Origin: Candidatus Daviesbacteria bacterium
GTDB lineage: Bacteria > Patescibacteriota > Microgenomatia > Daviesbacterales > UBA10151
Assembly: GCA_028715175.1 (NCBI GenBank)
Contig: JAQUSJ010000001.1
Location: 674,386 to 738,385 of the forward strand
Reading direction: 5' to 3'
DNA: 64,000 nucleotides
The notes below the pieces were generated by a model. The model worked only from the letters and a program-made list of their open reading frames with translations. It had not been told where the DNA came from and ran no database searches. Shown in pieces: positions 48,591 to 59,086 of this stretch (positions within the stretch are counted from its first letter, which is position 1; every line of letters starts with the position of its first letter). The position numbers and the translations under genes are program-made.

Positions 48591-51466
48591 GAAAACATCT
48601 CCTTCATTGGTTTCTGCCAGACTTTTTTCAAATTTGGAACTTCCGCACTAAAGAAATTCTTAACATCAATAATAGGAGCTTTTTGTGTTTTACCTAAAGT
48701 TATGTAAGGAATATTTTTGAATAATTGTTTGGCAACTTTTTCATCTTTCACCTCAACAATAAAACATCCTGTTGTCTCATTAAATAGCAACTCACTCACC
48801 TCCGAGGAACCCATTCGGCCACCTCGGAGGTGTGACGAAGTTACTCCTCCGAGGTGGATATTTACCCCGCAATTTCCCCCAACACACATCTCAAAAATAG
48901 CTGAAATTACCCCACCTTCAGATATATCATGACATGACAATATTTGTCCATTTCGTATTCCCTTGTAGATTGCATCAAAAGTTTTTGGCAGTAACTTTAG
49001 GTCTATTCTTGGAACAGAATCTGTCTCCAGATTATTTACTTGATGATATACAGATCCTCCTAAATTCTTATCCATTTCCCCAACCAAAACAATTGTTGAA
49101 CCGACCTTTTTCAAATCGGCAGTAACAGTCTTTCTTGTATCCTCTATTTTCCCTAGAACCGAAATGCAAAGCGTTGGTGGAATTTTAATAACGCTTCCAT
49201 CTGCCCCACGGTAAGTTGAAGACAGGCTATCTTTACCGGAAATCACCGGAATTTTAAAAATTTTCATAAAATCCACCACCGCATCAACTGATCTATCAAG
49301 CGACCAAAGAGACTCTTGATCTGGAAAAGGCCAAATATAATTGTTTATTAAAGAAGCATTTTTGTAGTCTCCGCCAACTGCGACAAAATTTGATAAGGCT
49401 TCAGTCGCTGCCCAGATACTTCCCCAGTATGGATCTATATTATTAAAAACCGGATTTAATCCGTGTGAAATAATCATGCCATATTGTTTGGAAAGTACGG
49501 GACGCAAAACCGGAGAATCATTAGGCCCATCTAAATTTTTTCCTGAATATGGCTGAAGGTCATTTGTTCCCTGAACTAAATGGTCATACAACCGGACAAT
49601 TGGCTCTTTTGAACAGACATTTCCGTGAGATAATACTTTTCGCAAAACCTTGATCCATTCTTCCTCTGATTTTGGTTGTATTGGTTCTTTGATCTGACGA
49701 CTGACGACTGACGACTGACGACTTGCTTTCAAAACCCGTTTCGGCAACCCATGGTGCAAAAACTGCATATCCAAATGGCCCACTACTTTACCACCAAAAT
49801 AAACTTTTAATTTTTTACTGCCATCAAATTTTCCTAAAACCGTACTTTCAACATTATATTTTTTACAGATCATTTCAAAAACCTTAAGGTTTTTCGGATC
49901 CAATACTACAATCATTCTTTCCTGTGATTCTGACAAAAAAATTTCCCAGGGAGCTAAACCTTGATATTTTAAAAGGGCATTTTTTATGTCAACCGTAACT
50001 CCTAAAGTTTCACCAATCTCGCCAATGGCAGATGAAAATCCTCCTCCGCCGCAATCTTGCACTAACCTTATTAAATCTTGATCTCTTGCTTCAAGCAGCG
50101 CATCAAACATCCGTTTTTCTTCAATTGCGTTTCCGATTTGCACTGCCGAAGAGTGTGTCGTATAAGTATCTGCAGTCATTTCCCCGGACGAAAAGGTAGC
50201 ACCATGAATCCCATCCCTGCCAGTTCTACCCCCTACACAAATTATTAAATCATTTCTTTCAGGTTTATCTTTTATCGCATATTTTTTTGGCACTATTCCA
50301 TATGCTCCTACAATAACCGTTGGTCTAGCCCTAAAATCTTTGTGAAAATGGACTGATCCGTTATTAGTAGGAATCCCCATTCTGTTTCCGTAATCCCTTA
50401 CCCCTGAAACTACTCTTTTCAATAAATATTCCGGTGGAAGACATCCTGCTGGTAACTGGGAAGCCGGCAAATCAATCGGAGCAAAACAAAAGATATCTGT
50501 TGAGGCAATATTTTTGGCTCCTTTACCTGTTGCAGCAATGTCGCGGAACACTCCGCCTGATCCGGTCATCGCTCCACCATATGGCTCAATAGCTGATGGA
50601 GCATTATGGGTTTCGACTTTACCACAAATCCCAAAACCGCCGTAGAAATCCATCACACCCGAATTGTCAACAAATGCTGAAACAATATTTTTATCATGCT
50701 TTAGCGCTTCTTTTTTCAATCTATCAATGAGCGGCTCTTTCTTTTTTCCATCAACTAATAACTCAGCTTTAAAAGTTTTATGCCCCGAGTGTTCACTCCA
50801 AGTTTGGGCTAAAGTTTCCAGTTCTAAATCAGTGGGGTCCCTTTTTTCTGCTGCAAAATATTCTTGGATCTTTTTCATCTCTTCCAAATTAAGAAAAAGC
50901 TGATCTTTAGATAAATCCCGCAACTCTTGATCATTCAAACTTCTTATAGGAATTGTTTGAATTTTGCCAGGTTGTCCTTTCAAAATAAGCGTTTGCGGCT
51001 CATCTTTCACGATATGCTCGATAAGCGAGTTATAGAGTTTCAGTTTTTCTACGATCTTTTCGACTTCTGCTTTTTTTAAGCTTCCGTAAAATGCATACTC
51101 AAAGGATGAATCGCATGCCGGCAGTTTAATTCCCAAATCATCTGCAGCTTTGATAATGGATGTAACTTCCGGATTCATCACCCCTGGCTTGTAAGCTATT
51201 TCAATAATCACAGACTTCACCTCCGAGGTGGGCTTTGACTCCTCGGAGGTGGAATTAATCGTATATCTTTGATTAATTGATTCAGATAATAATTTTTCAG
51301 CCAAAATTTTGGCCTCTTTTTCAGATATTCCTTCCAATCTATAAACTTTGATCGCAGAAACTCTGGTAATATTTTTAATTCCCAACATCCGATGGATGTC
51401 ATTTAAGATACCATCTCCTTTTAAATCTGGTCCAACTATTGTTTGTACTCTGACTTTTTGTATCAT
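48587..51466 (-). CDS. purL: FGAM synthase synthetase subunit with N-terminal PurS-like extension
   Basis: QTWSEH, KVETHN.PS, GRDGIHGA, SESQERM, SGKDSL. Confidence 0.93.
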   Translation of the reverse strand: MIQKVRVQTIVGPDLKGDGILNDIHRMLGIKNITRVSAIKVYRLEGISEKEAKILAEKLLSESINQRYTINSTSEESKPTSEVKSVIIEIAYKPGVMNPEVTSIIKAADDLGIKLPACDSSFEYAFYGSLKKAEVEKIVEKLKLYNSLIEHIVKDEPQTLILKGQPGKIQTIPIRSLNDQELRDLSKDQLFLNLEEMKKIQEYFAAEKRDPTDLELETLAQTWSEHSGHKTFKAELLVDGKKKEPLIDRLKKEALKHDKNIVSAFVDNSGVMDFYGGFGICGKVETHNAPSAIEPYGGAMTGSGGVFRDIAATGKGAKNIASTDIFCFAPIDLPASQLPAGCLPPEYLLKRVVSGVRDYGNRMGIPTNNGSVHFHKDFRARPTVIVGAYGIVPKKYAIKDKPERNDLIICVGGRTGRDGIHGATFSSGEMTADTYTTHSSAVQIGNAIEEKRMFDALLEARDQDLIRLVQDCGGGGFSSAIGEIGETLGVTVDIKNALLKYQGLAPWEIFLSESQERMIVVLDPKNLKVFEMICKKYNVESTVLGKFDGSKKLKVYFGGKVVGHLDMQFLHHGLPKRVLKASRQSSVVSRQIKEPIQPKSEEEWIKVLRKVLSHGNVCSKEPIVRLYDHLVQGTNDLQPYSGKNLDGPNDSPVLRPVLSKQYGMIISHGLNPVFNNIDPYWGSIWAATEALSNFVAVGGDYKNASLINNYIWPFPDQESLWSLDRSVDAVVDFMKIFKIPVISGKDSLSSTYRGADGSVIKIPPTLCISVLGKIEDTRKTVTADLKKVGSTIVLVGEMDKNLGGSVYHQVNNLETDSVPRIDLKLLPKTFDAIYKGIRNGQILSCHDISEGGVISAIFEMCVGGNCGVNIHLGGVTSSHLRGGRMGSSEVSELLFNETTGCFIVEVKDEKVAKQLFKNIPYITLGKTQKAPIIDVKNFFSAEVPNLKKVWQKPMKEMFS
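48797..48856. repeat. Triplet of CACCTCSGAGGTG palindromes in purL
   Basis: Copies at 48797, 48820, 48844; encode HLGGVTSSHLRGGRMGSSEV. Confidence 0.85.
49694..49723. repeat. Heptamer array (CTGACGA)x4 in purL
   Basis: Perfect repeats encoding SRQSSVVSRQ. Confidence 0.9.
51218..51251. repeat. Pair of CACCTCSGAGGTG palindromes in the purL N-terminal region
   Basis: CACCTCCGAGGTG and CTCCTCGGAGGTG; encode TSEESKPTSEV. Confidence 0.85.
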
Positions 51467-51470
51467 TTTT

Positions 51471-52802
51471 TCATCCTTTTTTACCTCGCCGTAGCGTCTC
51501 GCGAAGACGGGCTACATCCCTCCAGCCAATATCTGTTCTATAGTGTAAATTATTTCCTTCAATGTTAACTTTTCTCAATGCCCGATATGCCCTCTCTCTT
51601 GCCTCTATCACATTTTTTCCCTCATCCATCACAAACAAAATCCTACCCCCCGCTACCATATAACCCCCATTAACTTTTTTAATACCAGCCCCGTAAATTT
51701 TGGCTTCAGCCTTAATAGCTTTATCAATTCCAAAAACTTTTTTACCTTTAACTGATTGATAATCAACAGGATAACCTTTTGCCACTGCCGCTACCACTAC
51801 CCTTACCTTTTTATCTATCTTCAAATTTAATTTTCCAATAGTACCATTGATAATATCCTGGCTGACCTCATATAAATCATTTTTAATACTCGGTAAAATG
51901 ACCTCTGCTTCAGGATCTCCCCATCTGGCATTGAATTCTATAACAAAAACCGCTCCTCTAATCACAATGCCCCCTAAATATAAAACCCCCTTGTATGGTC
52001 GCCCATCTATCTTTAACCCATCCACAGCCTTTTTGAAAATTTCCTTGACTTGTTTCCTGATATTTTCATCAACAATTAACGGGTTTGAAACACAACCCAT
52101 TCCTCCGGTATTTGGACCTTCATCACCATCAAATACTTGCTTATGATCTTGTGCAAAACCCACTACTTGAAAATTTTTCCCATCACACAGTGCAAAAGCG
52201 GAAAACTCTTCACCGATTAACCACTGCTCCAAAAGATAAGTCTCTCCACTTTTACCAAATCTCGCCATTTGTTTTATAGCATCAATTGCCTGACGCCCAT
52301 TTTTTGCAGGAATTGCTCCCTTGCCTTCCGCCAGCCCTGATGCTTTAACAAACCAACTAGCTTTAGATTTGCTATTTACAAACTTAATCCCATCTTTTGT
52401 TGATGAAAAAACATGATAGTCAGGAGAGGGAATTTGATACTTTTTCATAAAACCCCTGGCCCATGCTTTATCCCACTCAAGCTGTCCGGCTTTTTTGGTT
52501 GGTCCCACTACCTTAATTCCCTCCGCCAGTAAAGTATCTGCTAAACCTGCTTCCACTGCATTATCTTGTGCAACATCTACCAAATCAACTTGCTCTTTTT
52601 TGCAAATTTCCAATATTTCTTTAATGCTGGTTGTTTTTAAGTATTGGTAAGTTACAACCGGCTTTTTAGTATTAATCTGCATTAAATCATTTCCCGGTAC
52701 CACTAGAATTTTTCCCACACGTTTGCTTTGTCCATACTTATCTACTAGAGTTGCACCTCTTCCTCCCCCATCTATTATCATTATTGTCTTTAATTTATTC
52801 AT
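51471..52802 (-). CDS. purD: Phosphoribosylamine--glycine ligase
   Basis: KASGLAEGKG, QDHK, GPNTGGMG, EFNARWGDPE, YRTDIG. Confidence 0.95.
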   Translation of the reverse strand: MNKLKTIMIIDGGGRGATLVDKYGQSKRVGKILVVPGNDLMQINTKKPVVTYQYLKTTSIKEILEICKKEQVDLVDVAQDNAVEAGLADTLLAEGIKVVGPTKKAGQLEWDKAWARGFMKKYQIPSPDYHVFSSTKDGIKFVNSKSKASWFVKASGLAEGKGAIPAKNGRQAIDAIKQMARFGKSGETYLLEQWLIGEEFSAFALCDGKNFQVVGFAQDHKQVFDGDEGPNTGGMGCVSNPLIVDENIRKQVKEIFKKAVDGLKIDGRPYKGVLYLGGIVIRGAVFVIEFNARWGDPEAEVILPSIKNDLYEVSQDIINGTIGKLNLKIDKKVRVVVAAVAKGYPVDYQSVKGKKVFGIDKAIKAEAKIYGAGIKKVNGGYMVAGGRILFVMDEGKNVIEARERAYRALRKVNIEGNNLHYRTDIGWRDVARLRETLRRGKKG

Positions 52803-52803
52803 A

Positions 52804-53403
52804 TTAGTTACATAGTTTTGCTAAAATATCCACATATAACTTATTCTCTTTAACTTTTAATCTTTTATATAAAGATTCCACGGTGTCTTCTGGCTTAATC
52901 TTCTCAAAGCATCTACCTAGAACCGGCCCAAAGTCAAATTCATGAGATAGAAGATGATTTGTACATCCGGCATAAGTGGCATGATTATCAAGAAATTTTT
53001 GAATCGCCTCATCAGTCATTTTCTTCCTATTCCATAAAGCAAGTGTCCCATCGGGGCTTCTGACAACGCCACTCATTGTATCCGGTATTAACCCGGGGTG
53101 AGTATTTAAAATTCTGTTAGAGAATGCGTCAATGACCTCATCTAAAATAATCTGTTTCCAACCTGCAAGACAAATATAATCAGGATTTATTTTTTTCAAA
53201 AAGGGTAACAAATTCTTTTTTCTTGACAATATTTTAATTGGTAACTTATGTTTTCTTGCCCTCTTAAGACCCAGTGCTCCAGGAGTATCGCTGACAACTA
53301 CCGCAATCTTAGCATTAATCTTTCCCTGTTTTATCCCGTCAATAATTGCTTGAAGATTCGTTCCTGTGCCGGTATTGGATATCAAAATAGCAATTCTTTT
53401 CAT
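52804..53403 (-). CDS. purN: GAR transformylase (divergent)
   Basis: LISNTGTGTNLQA, CLAGW, LNTHPG, DFGPV; located between purF and purD. Confidence 0.8.
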   Translation of the reverse strand: MKRIAILISNTGTGTNLQAIIDGIKQGKINAKIAVVVSDTPGALGLKRARKHKLPIKILSRKKNLLPFLKKINPDYICLAGWKQIILDEVIDAFSNRILNTHPGLIPDTMSGVVRSPDGTLALWNRKKMTDEAIQKFLDNHATYAGCTNHLLSHEFDFGPVLGRCFEKIKPEDTVESLYKRLKVKENKLYVDILAKLCN

Positions 53404-54809
53404 TTGCCTAAAACATCATAATCTATTTCTTTTCTTCGCTCACCAATATCCACCGGATAATTACCGTTAAATAAAGCCGTACATAATAGATCCTCTGATA
53501 ATCCGATTGCTTTTATTAATCCCTGATAAGACAAATAATGCATCGAGTCAACTCCTAACTCTTTCTCTATCTGCTTAATATTCTTAACAGCTGCAATTAA
53601 TTCTTTTTGGTCCGGAGTATCGATTCCGTAAAAATCAGGAAACTTAACCGGCGGTGAGGAAACTAACAAATGGACCTCCTTTGCTCCGGCGCTCCTTATC
53701 ATCTTAATAATTTCTTTGGAAGTTGTCCCTCTGACAATCGAGTCATCTACCACTATTACTTTTTTACCATTTAGTACATACCTTACCGGATTAAGTTTTA
53801 GCTGGACAATATGCCCCCGGGTATGTTTTTCAGGAGAAATAAATGTTCTGTGAATATAACGGTTTTTAATTAAACCCATTTCAAAAGGGATTCCTGATTG
53901 TTTGGAAAAACCAATTGCTGCAGGAATGGCAGAATCGGGAACGGGAATTACTATGTCAGCCTTAATATTATTCTCCTTTGCTAACTCCCTACCCAAATTT
54001 TGTCTGACCTGGTCAACACTTTTTCCTAAAATTATACTGTCCGGTCTGGCAAAATATACATATTCAAATACATCCAACTTTTGCGTCCCTTTTTCTATTT
54101 GAACACTTTTCAAACCTTTATCATCAATTACTATCATCTCGCCAGGTTTGACTTCCCTCACAAATTCTGCACCAACAATATCCAAGGCGCAAGTCTCTGA
54201 TGCAATAATATATCCGCCGTTTAATTTACCCAGACTCAAAGGTCTGATACCAAAACTATCACGCAGAGCAATAAGTTTTTCTTCATCCATTATTAACAAA
54301 CAAAATACACCGGTAAACAGCGGGTAAGCTTTTTTGATTGCATCCTCCATCTTAAAACCTTCCCGCATTAACACTGCAATAGCTTTAGCAATCATCTCCG
54401 AATCATTCAGTCCGTCTGTAGTAACTTTTTTAGTTTTTAAAAATTCTTCTAATTTTTTAGTTGAAGGAAGGTTACCATTATGGACTAAAGCAATAGAATT
54501 ATTGGCGGAAACTTTTTCTATAATTGGTTGGGCGTGGGATTCTATTGAATCACCCGAGGTAGAATAACGGTTGTGACCAATTGCTAAATGACCTTTTAAT
54601 CTTTTTAAATCTTCTTCAGCGAAAACATGCGCAACTAAACCCATGCCTTTGTGTAGATAGATTTTTTTGCCGTCAGAAGATGCTATACCAGAAGATTCTT
54701 GACCTCTGTGTTGAAGCGCCCAAAGGCCTGGATGAACTAAACGGGCTGCCTCAAAACCCTGCCCGTATACTCCAAATATCCCACATTTTTCTCTAATGCT
54801 AGTTCCCAT
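53400..54809 (-). CDS. purF: Amidophosphoribosyltransferase
   Basis: KCGIFG N-terminal nucleophile, QHRGQES, GHNRYST, VDDSIVRGTT. Confidence 0.96.
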   Translation of the reverse strand: MGTSIREKCGIFGVYGQGFEAARLVHPGLWALQHRGQESSGIASSDGKKIYLHKGMGLVAHVFAEEDLKRLKGHLAIGHNRYSTSGDSIESHAQPIIEKVSANNSIALVHNGNLPSTKKLEEFLKTKKVTTDGLNDSEMIAKAIAVLMREGFKMEDAIKKAYPLFTGVFCLLIMDEEKLIALRDSFGIRPLSLGKLNGGYIIASETCALDIVGAEFVREVKPGEMIVIDDKGLKSVQIEKGTQKLDVFEYVYFARPDSIILGKSVDQVRQNLGRELAKENNIKADIVIPVPDSAIPAAIGFSKQSGIPFEMGLIKNRYIHRTFISPEKHTRGHIVQLKLNPVRYVLNGKKVIVVDDSIVRGTTSKEIIKMIRSAGAKEVHLLVSSPPVKFPDFYGIDTPDQKELIAAVKNIKQIEKELGVDSMHYLSYQGLIKAIGLSEDLLCTALFNGNYPVDIGERRKEIDYDVLGK

Positions 54810-54871
54810 AGTTTAATATAACTATTTTGGCCTCGAAAGTCAAGTGTCTCACAAAATGGTATACTTAAATC

Positions 54872-55249
54872 ATGGTTCTGGAAAAGATCTCTAGCCGAAG
54901 AATATTGTCTTTCAAATATGCCTTTGCTGGGATAATTACGGCTTTAAAAGAAGAGCCGAATTTAAAATTTCATTTTCTTGCGGGACTGCTGGTGGTAGTT
55001 TTGGCAATTGTTTTAAAAATCTCCACCATAGATTGGATCATTATTATCTTCCTCATCGGGTTTGTCACCTCAGTTGAATTAACAAATACTGCAATAGAAG
55101 CAGTAGTTGACGCATTCACAGATCAAGAACATCCTAGGGCAAAAATTGCCAAAGATATATCAGCAGGAGCAGTACTTATTGCCGCCATCACGTCTTTCAT
55201 CATTGGCGCAATGATCTTCCTCCCATACCTTTTGCAATGGACAACATAA
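54872..55249 (+). CDS. dgkA: Diacylglycerol/undecaprenol kinase
   Basis: SFKYA..G, EPNLKFH, ELTNTAIEAVVD, AKDISAGAV. Confidence 0.9.
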   Translation: MVLEKISSRRILSFKYAFAGIITALKEEPNLKFHFLAGLLVVVLAIVLKISTIDWIIIIFLIGFVTSVELTNTAIEAVVDAFTDQEHPRAKIAKDISAGAVLIAAITSFIIGAMIFLPYLLQWTT

Positions 55250-55758
55250 CCTTATTCTTCCTTGTTCAAAGTTTAATAGGCCAAAGCCCTATCTTAGATG
55301 GTTTAATGAGATTCGGTGCCGAGCCGTTGATCTATATCATGATTTTACTAACTCTCATACTTGGCATTAAAGGAAAAATTGAAGACAAAAAAGCTTTTCT
55401 TATTATTATTCTTACCATTCCTATTGCATTTTTACTTATCCGAATTATTCATATTTTTATTTTTAAACCCCGACCTTTTGTTACTTTCAATTTTATACCC
55501 CTGGTACAAGAAACCGCCAATACATGTTTTCCGTCAAGGCATACCACAATCTCAGCAGTAATTGCTTTTGCTTTTACCTATTTTAAATCAAAACGGTCAT
55601 TACTTTTCTTAATTTTAATGTTATGGGTAGGAATATCCAGAGTATATGTTGGTGTCCATTATCCTTTAGATATTTTAGGAGGATTTCTGGTGGCAGCAAT
55701 TTCTTTAAGCTTAGCTTTACAAATTAAACGAATTCTTAAAAAGTTTTTACTCACTTAA
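55237..55758 (+). CDS. PAP2 family phosphatase (undecaprenyl-diphosphatase-like)
   Basis: PRP, FPSRH, SRVYVGVHYPLD. Confidence 0.88.
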   Translation: MDNITLFFLVQSLIGQSPILDGLMRFGAEPLIYIMILLTLILGIKGKIEDKKAFLIIILTIPIAFLLIRIIHIFIFKPRPFVTFNFIPLVQETANTCFPSRHTTISAVIAFAFTYFKSKRSLLFLILMLWVGISRVYVGVHYPLDILGGFLVAAISLSLALQIKRILKKFLLT

Positions 55759-57012
55759 AATATTTTCAAATTTATCAGCACTTTTAAGCGGTCCGATGAT
55801 TTGCAGGTTATATCTATTCTTAACAAATAATTCTTCTGCCAAATTTTGGACATCTTCATTGGTTACTTTATCTATCTTTTTTAATATTTCTTCAAAAGTC
55901 TCTACTTTTCTATCCAAAACAAAGGTTGTCCCAAAATATTCTGCCAAAAAATTAGTTGATTCGCTCTGAAGAGCAATCCGTCCCCGGATCATTTCTTTAG
56001 CTTTTTGTAATTCTTCATCTGCAATTTTTTCTGAAATTAACCTTTTAAACTCCGCAAGAATTACTTCCAATCCTTCATACATTTTTTCCAATTTCAGACC
56101 GCCATAAACAGTAAATGCACCTGTATCCTTGTAATTACCATTGAAGGCGCCTATATTGTAAGCTAGACCTCGCCGCTCTCTTATTTGAATAAATAATCTT
56201 GAAGACATCCCTTCACCCAAAAGAGACGCTAAAACTCTGGCTGTATATTTCTTCTCATCATACCGGTCAAAACCTTCAACCCCTAAAACAAGATTTACCT
56301 GATCCGTATCTTTATAAAAAACATCAACTTTAGATTTTTTCTGATCTACCTTCTTAAAAGGTTTGAATTTATAGTTTGACCTTTTCGGTAAACTCAGGAA
56401 ATATTTTTCAGCAAGTTTTTCAATATCTCTCGGTAGCTTACCTACAATAACTAAAGCCATATTACTTGGCGAATAAAGCGAATCCATATAAGAAATAAAG
56501 TCTCCACGATTAAAAGAAGTAATTATTTTTTCCGTTCCACCAATATCCCAACCCAAAGGCTGATCTCCGTATTGTAATCTTTCATACAATTCCCAAACAT
56601 ATTTTGCTGGATTATCCCGATACATTCTGAGTTCCTCTACAATAACGCCTTTTTCCCGATCAATTTCTTCCTGATTAAGCAAAGATTCTTTAACCATCGA
56701 AGAAAGGATATCCAAAGATAAATCTATATGTTTTACTGCAGATTTAATCCAATAGTAAGTTACCTCCTTATCTGTTGCGGCATTATTAACTGCGCCAATA
56801 CTATCAACTAAAGTAGCAATTTTTTCAGCTGTTGGGAATTTGCTTGAACCTTTAAAAAACATGTGCTCCAAAAAGTGGGAAATACCGTTGATTTTTCTTG
56901 TTTCATATCTTGAACCAGCCCCAACCGCCACCAGAGTCGTCACTGAATCAAGATGAGGAAGATCAATAGTAATTAAAGTTAGACCATTTGCTAAAGTTTT
57001 AATTTGGTGCAT
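55747..57012 (-). CDS. M16 family zinc peptidase
   Basis: GISHFLEHMFFKG inverted zinc motif, SSRLF..IRERRGLAY. Confidence 0.92.
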   Translation of the reverse strand: MHQIKTLANGLTLITIDLPHLDSVTTLVAVGAGSRYETRKINGISHFLEHMFFKGSSKFPTAEKIATLVDSIGAVNNAATDKEVTYYWIKSAVKHIDLSLDILSSMVKESLLNQEEIDREKGVIVEELRMYRDNPAKYVWELYERLQYGDQPLGWDIGGTEKIITSFNRGDFISYMDSLYSPSNMALVIVGKLPRDIEKLAEKYFLSLPKRSNYKFKPFKKVDQKKSKVDVFYKDTDQVNLVLGVEGFDRYDEKKYTARVLASLLGEGMSSRLFIQIRERRGLAYNIGAFNGNYKDTGAFTVYGGLKLEKMYEGLEVILAEFKRLISEKIADEELQKAKEMIRGRIALQSESTNFLAEYFGTTFVLDRKVETFEEILKKIDKVTNEDVQNLAEELFVKNRYNLQIIGPLKSADKFENILSE

Positions 57013-57664
57013 TGATGTGTTTTAACATTTCTTCCACCGTTTGCTCAACTGTCAAATCTGAATTGTCTATCACAACTGCATTTTCCGGAACCCTCAAAGG
57101 AGATACCTCTCTTGTCGTATCTTTTTGATCCCTTTCTTTCATAGCTTTTAAGACGTCTTCATATCTTACATTAGAATCTTTTTTAACAAGTTGCTTAAAA
57201 CGCCTGTTGGCTCTGATTTCTACGTTGGCAGTTAAATAAAATTTATGTTTTGCATCGGGGAAAATTTCCGAACCGATATCTCTTCCTGTCATAACCGTAT
57301 TTTTGGAATGAACTAATTTATATTGTATTAGCTTTGTTACCTCACGTACTTGTCTGATTGCAGAAACAGCAGGAACTATTCCAGTCACTTCCGGATCATG
57401 TAAGCTTTCAGTTATATCCTCACCGTTTGCCAAAAACCTTGGCTGTCCATTTTGTTTAACCTCTATCTGAAGATTTTTAAAAACTCCAACTAACTTTTCT
57501 AAATCATCCAAAGGGATTTTATTCCGCAGAATGAAAATGCAACCGGCCCGGTAAATGGAACCAGAATCAATATATTGATAACCTAATTTTTGAGAAAGTA
57601 AAAATCCGACGCTATTTTTGCCGGAAGAAGTTGGCCCATCAATAGTTATAACTTGCATTTCCAC
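56999..57664 (-). CDS. cmk: Cytidylate kinase
   Basis: IDGPTSSGK, DSGSIYR, GRDIG, RDQKDTTR.VSPL. Confidence 0.93.
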   Translation of the reverse strand: MEMQVITIDGPTSSGKNSVGFLLSQKLGYQYIDSGSIYRAGCIFILRNKIPLDDLEKLVGVFKNLQIEVKQNGQPRFLANGEDITESLHDPEVTGIVPAVSAIRQVREVTKLIQYKLVHSKNTVMTGRDIGSEIFPDAKHKFYLTANVEIRANRRFKQLVKKDSNVRYEDVLKAMKERDQKDTTREVSPLRVPENAVVIDNSDLTVEQTVEEMLKHINAPN

Positions 57665-57679
57665 TAATTTTTAAGTTTA

Positions 57680-59080
57680 TCACAACTTACTAATAATTCT
57701 AGGACCAGCTGAGGTATCCTCTATCTCATATCCTAATTTTTTGATTCTGTGACGGAGTTGATCAGATTCTTTAAAATTACCTGCTTTTCTGGCTTGCTCC
57801 CGCTTTTCAACCAATTCCATCACGTTTTTAGGGACTTCTATTGATTTGCCTAAATATTCATCTAATTTTAATCCCAAAATTTTATCCATTTCCAAAATAC
57901 TTTTGGCTTTGGCAGATGTTGGACACTCGGATCTAACCATATCCCACATCACAGCCAGTGCTTGTGGCATATTTAAATCATAATTTAGCGCATCCATAAA
58001 TTTTTGATAATAAGATTGCCACGCCCCTTCGGGGCTCGCAATGACAGAAGAAGGTAAATCTCGGATAATCTCCCTTAAATTATCCAAGGCATTTTGGGCT
58101 GCCTCCAAACTTTTCCAGGTAAAATTTAATTTATCTCTATAATGGGCTGTTAAAAACAAGTACCTGAGAGCCAGTGGGTCAAATCCTTTCTGTTCTATTT
58201 CATCTATTTTATAAAAATTCTTTTTTGATTTACTCATTTTTTCTCCATCAACCAATAAAAATTCAAAGTGCACCCAGAATCTTACAAACTGCTTTCCTGT
58301 AGCTGCCTCACTTTGAGCAATCTCATTTGTGTGATGTACTGGAATATGATCAATACCTCCTGTATGAATATCAAGGCAGTCATCCAGATATTCCATACTC
58401 ATAGCAGAGCACTCAATATGCCAGCCGGGAAATCCCTCGCCCCAGGGAGACGGCCACCTCATGCTATGGTCTTTAAAATGCCCTACTGTAAAAAACCAAA
58501 GCGCAAAATCATACGGGTTTTTCTTTTGCTTATCTACCACCACATCAACCCTTACTCCAACTTGCTTTTCCTGCAATTTTTGTCCTGATAATTCTGTATA
58601 GTTTGGAAATTTACTTATATCAAAATAAACTGCCTGGTCTGTTTGATAAATAAAACCGTTTTTTTCTAACTTATGAATTAATTTAATCTGTTCTGCAATA
58701 TGATCTGTAGCTTTAGCAACAATACTTGGTCTTTCTATATTAACCGTATCAACCGATTTCCAAAAATAATCTTCAAAGAATTTGGCAACTTCCCAGACAG
58801 TTCTACCGAATTCCCTTGCTCCTTTTTCCATTTTATCCTCACCCGAATCTTCGTCAGAAACCAAATGTCCCACATCAGTGATATTCATCACATGTTTAAC
58901 TTCATATTTATTAGCTTCCAGAATTCTTCTTAAAATATCGTTGCCTACATATGTACGAAGGTGACCAATATGGGTATAGTCGTAAACAGTTGGTCCGCAA
59001 GAATACATACCCACCTTAGGTGGATTTAAAGGAGCAAATTTTTCAATCTTTCGGCTTAATGTATTATAGAGGTTTAACAT
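57680..59080 (-). CDS. cysS: Cysteinyl-tRNA synthetase
   Basis: CGPTVY, HIGH, PGWHIECSAM, KMSKS. Confidence 0.97.
   Translation of the reverse strand: MLNLYNTLSRKIEKFAPLNPPKVGMYSCGPTVYDYTHIGHLRTYVGNDILRRILEANKYEVKHVMNITDVGHLVSDEDSGEDKMEKGAREFGRTVWEVAKFFEDYFWKSVDTVNIERPSIVAKATDHIAEQIKLIHKLEKNGFIYQTDQAVYFDISKFPNYTELSGQKLQEKQVGVRVDVVVDKQKKNPYDFALWFFTVGHFKDHSMRWPSPWGEGFPGWHIECSAMSMEYLDDCLDIHTGGIDHIPVHHTNEIAQSEAATGKQFVRFWVHFEFLLVDGEKMSKSKKNFYKIDEIEQKGFDPLALRYLFLTAHYRDKLNFTWKSLEAAQNALDNLREIIRDLPSSVIASPEGAWQSYYQKFMDALNYDLNMPQALAVMWDMVRSECPTSAKAKSILEMDKILGLKLDEYLGKSIEVPKNVMELVEKREQARKAGNFKESDQLRHRIKKLGYEIEDTSAGPRIISKL
58013..58046. repeat. Half GTCAT element in-frame in cysS
   Basis: Minus strand TGTCATTGCGAGCCCCGAAGGGGCGTGGCAATCT encoding VIASPEGAWQS. 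Confidence 0.8.
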
Positions 59081-59086
59081 TCCTTC

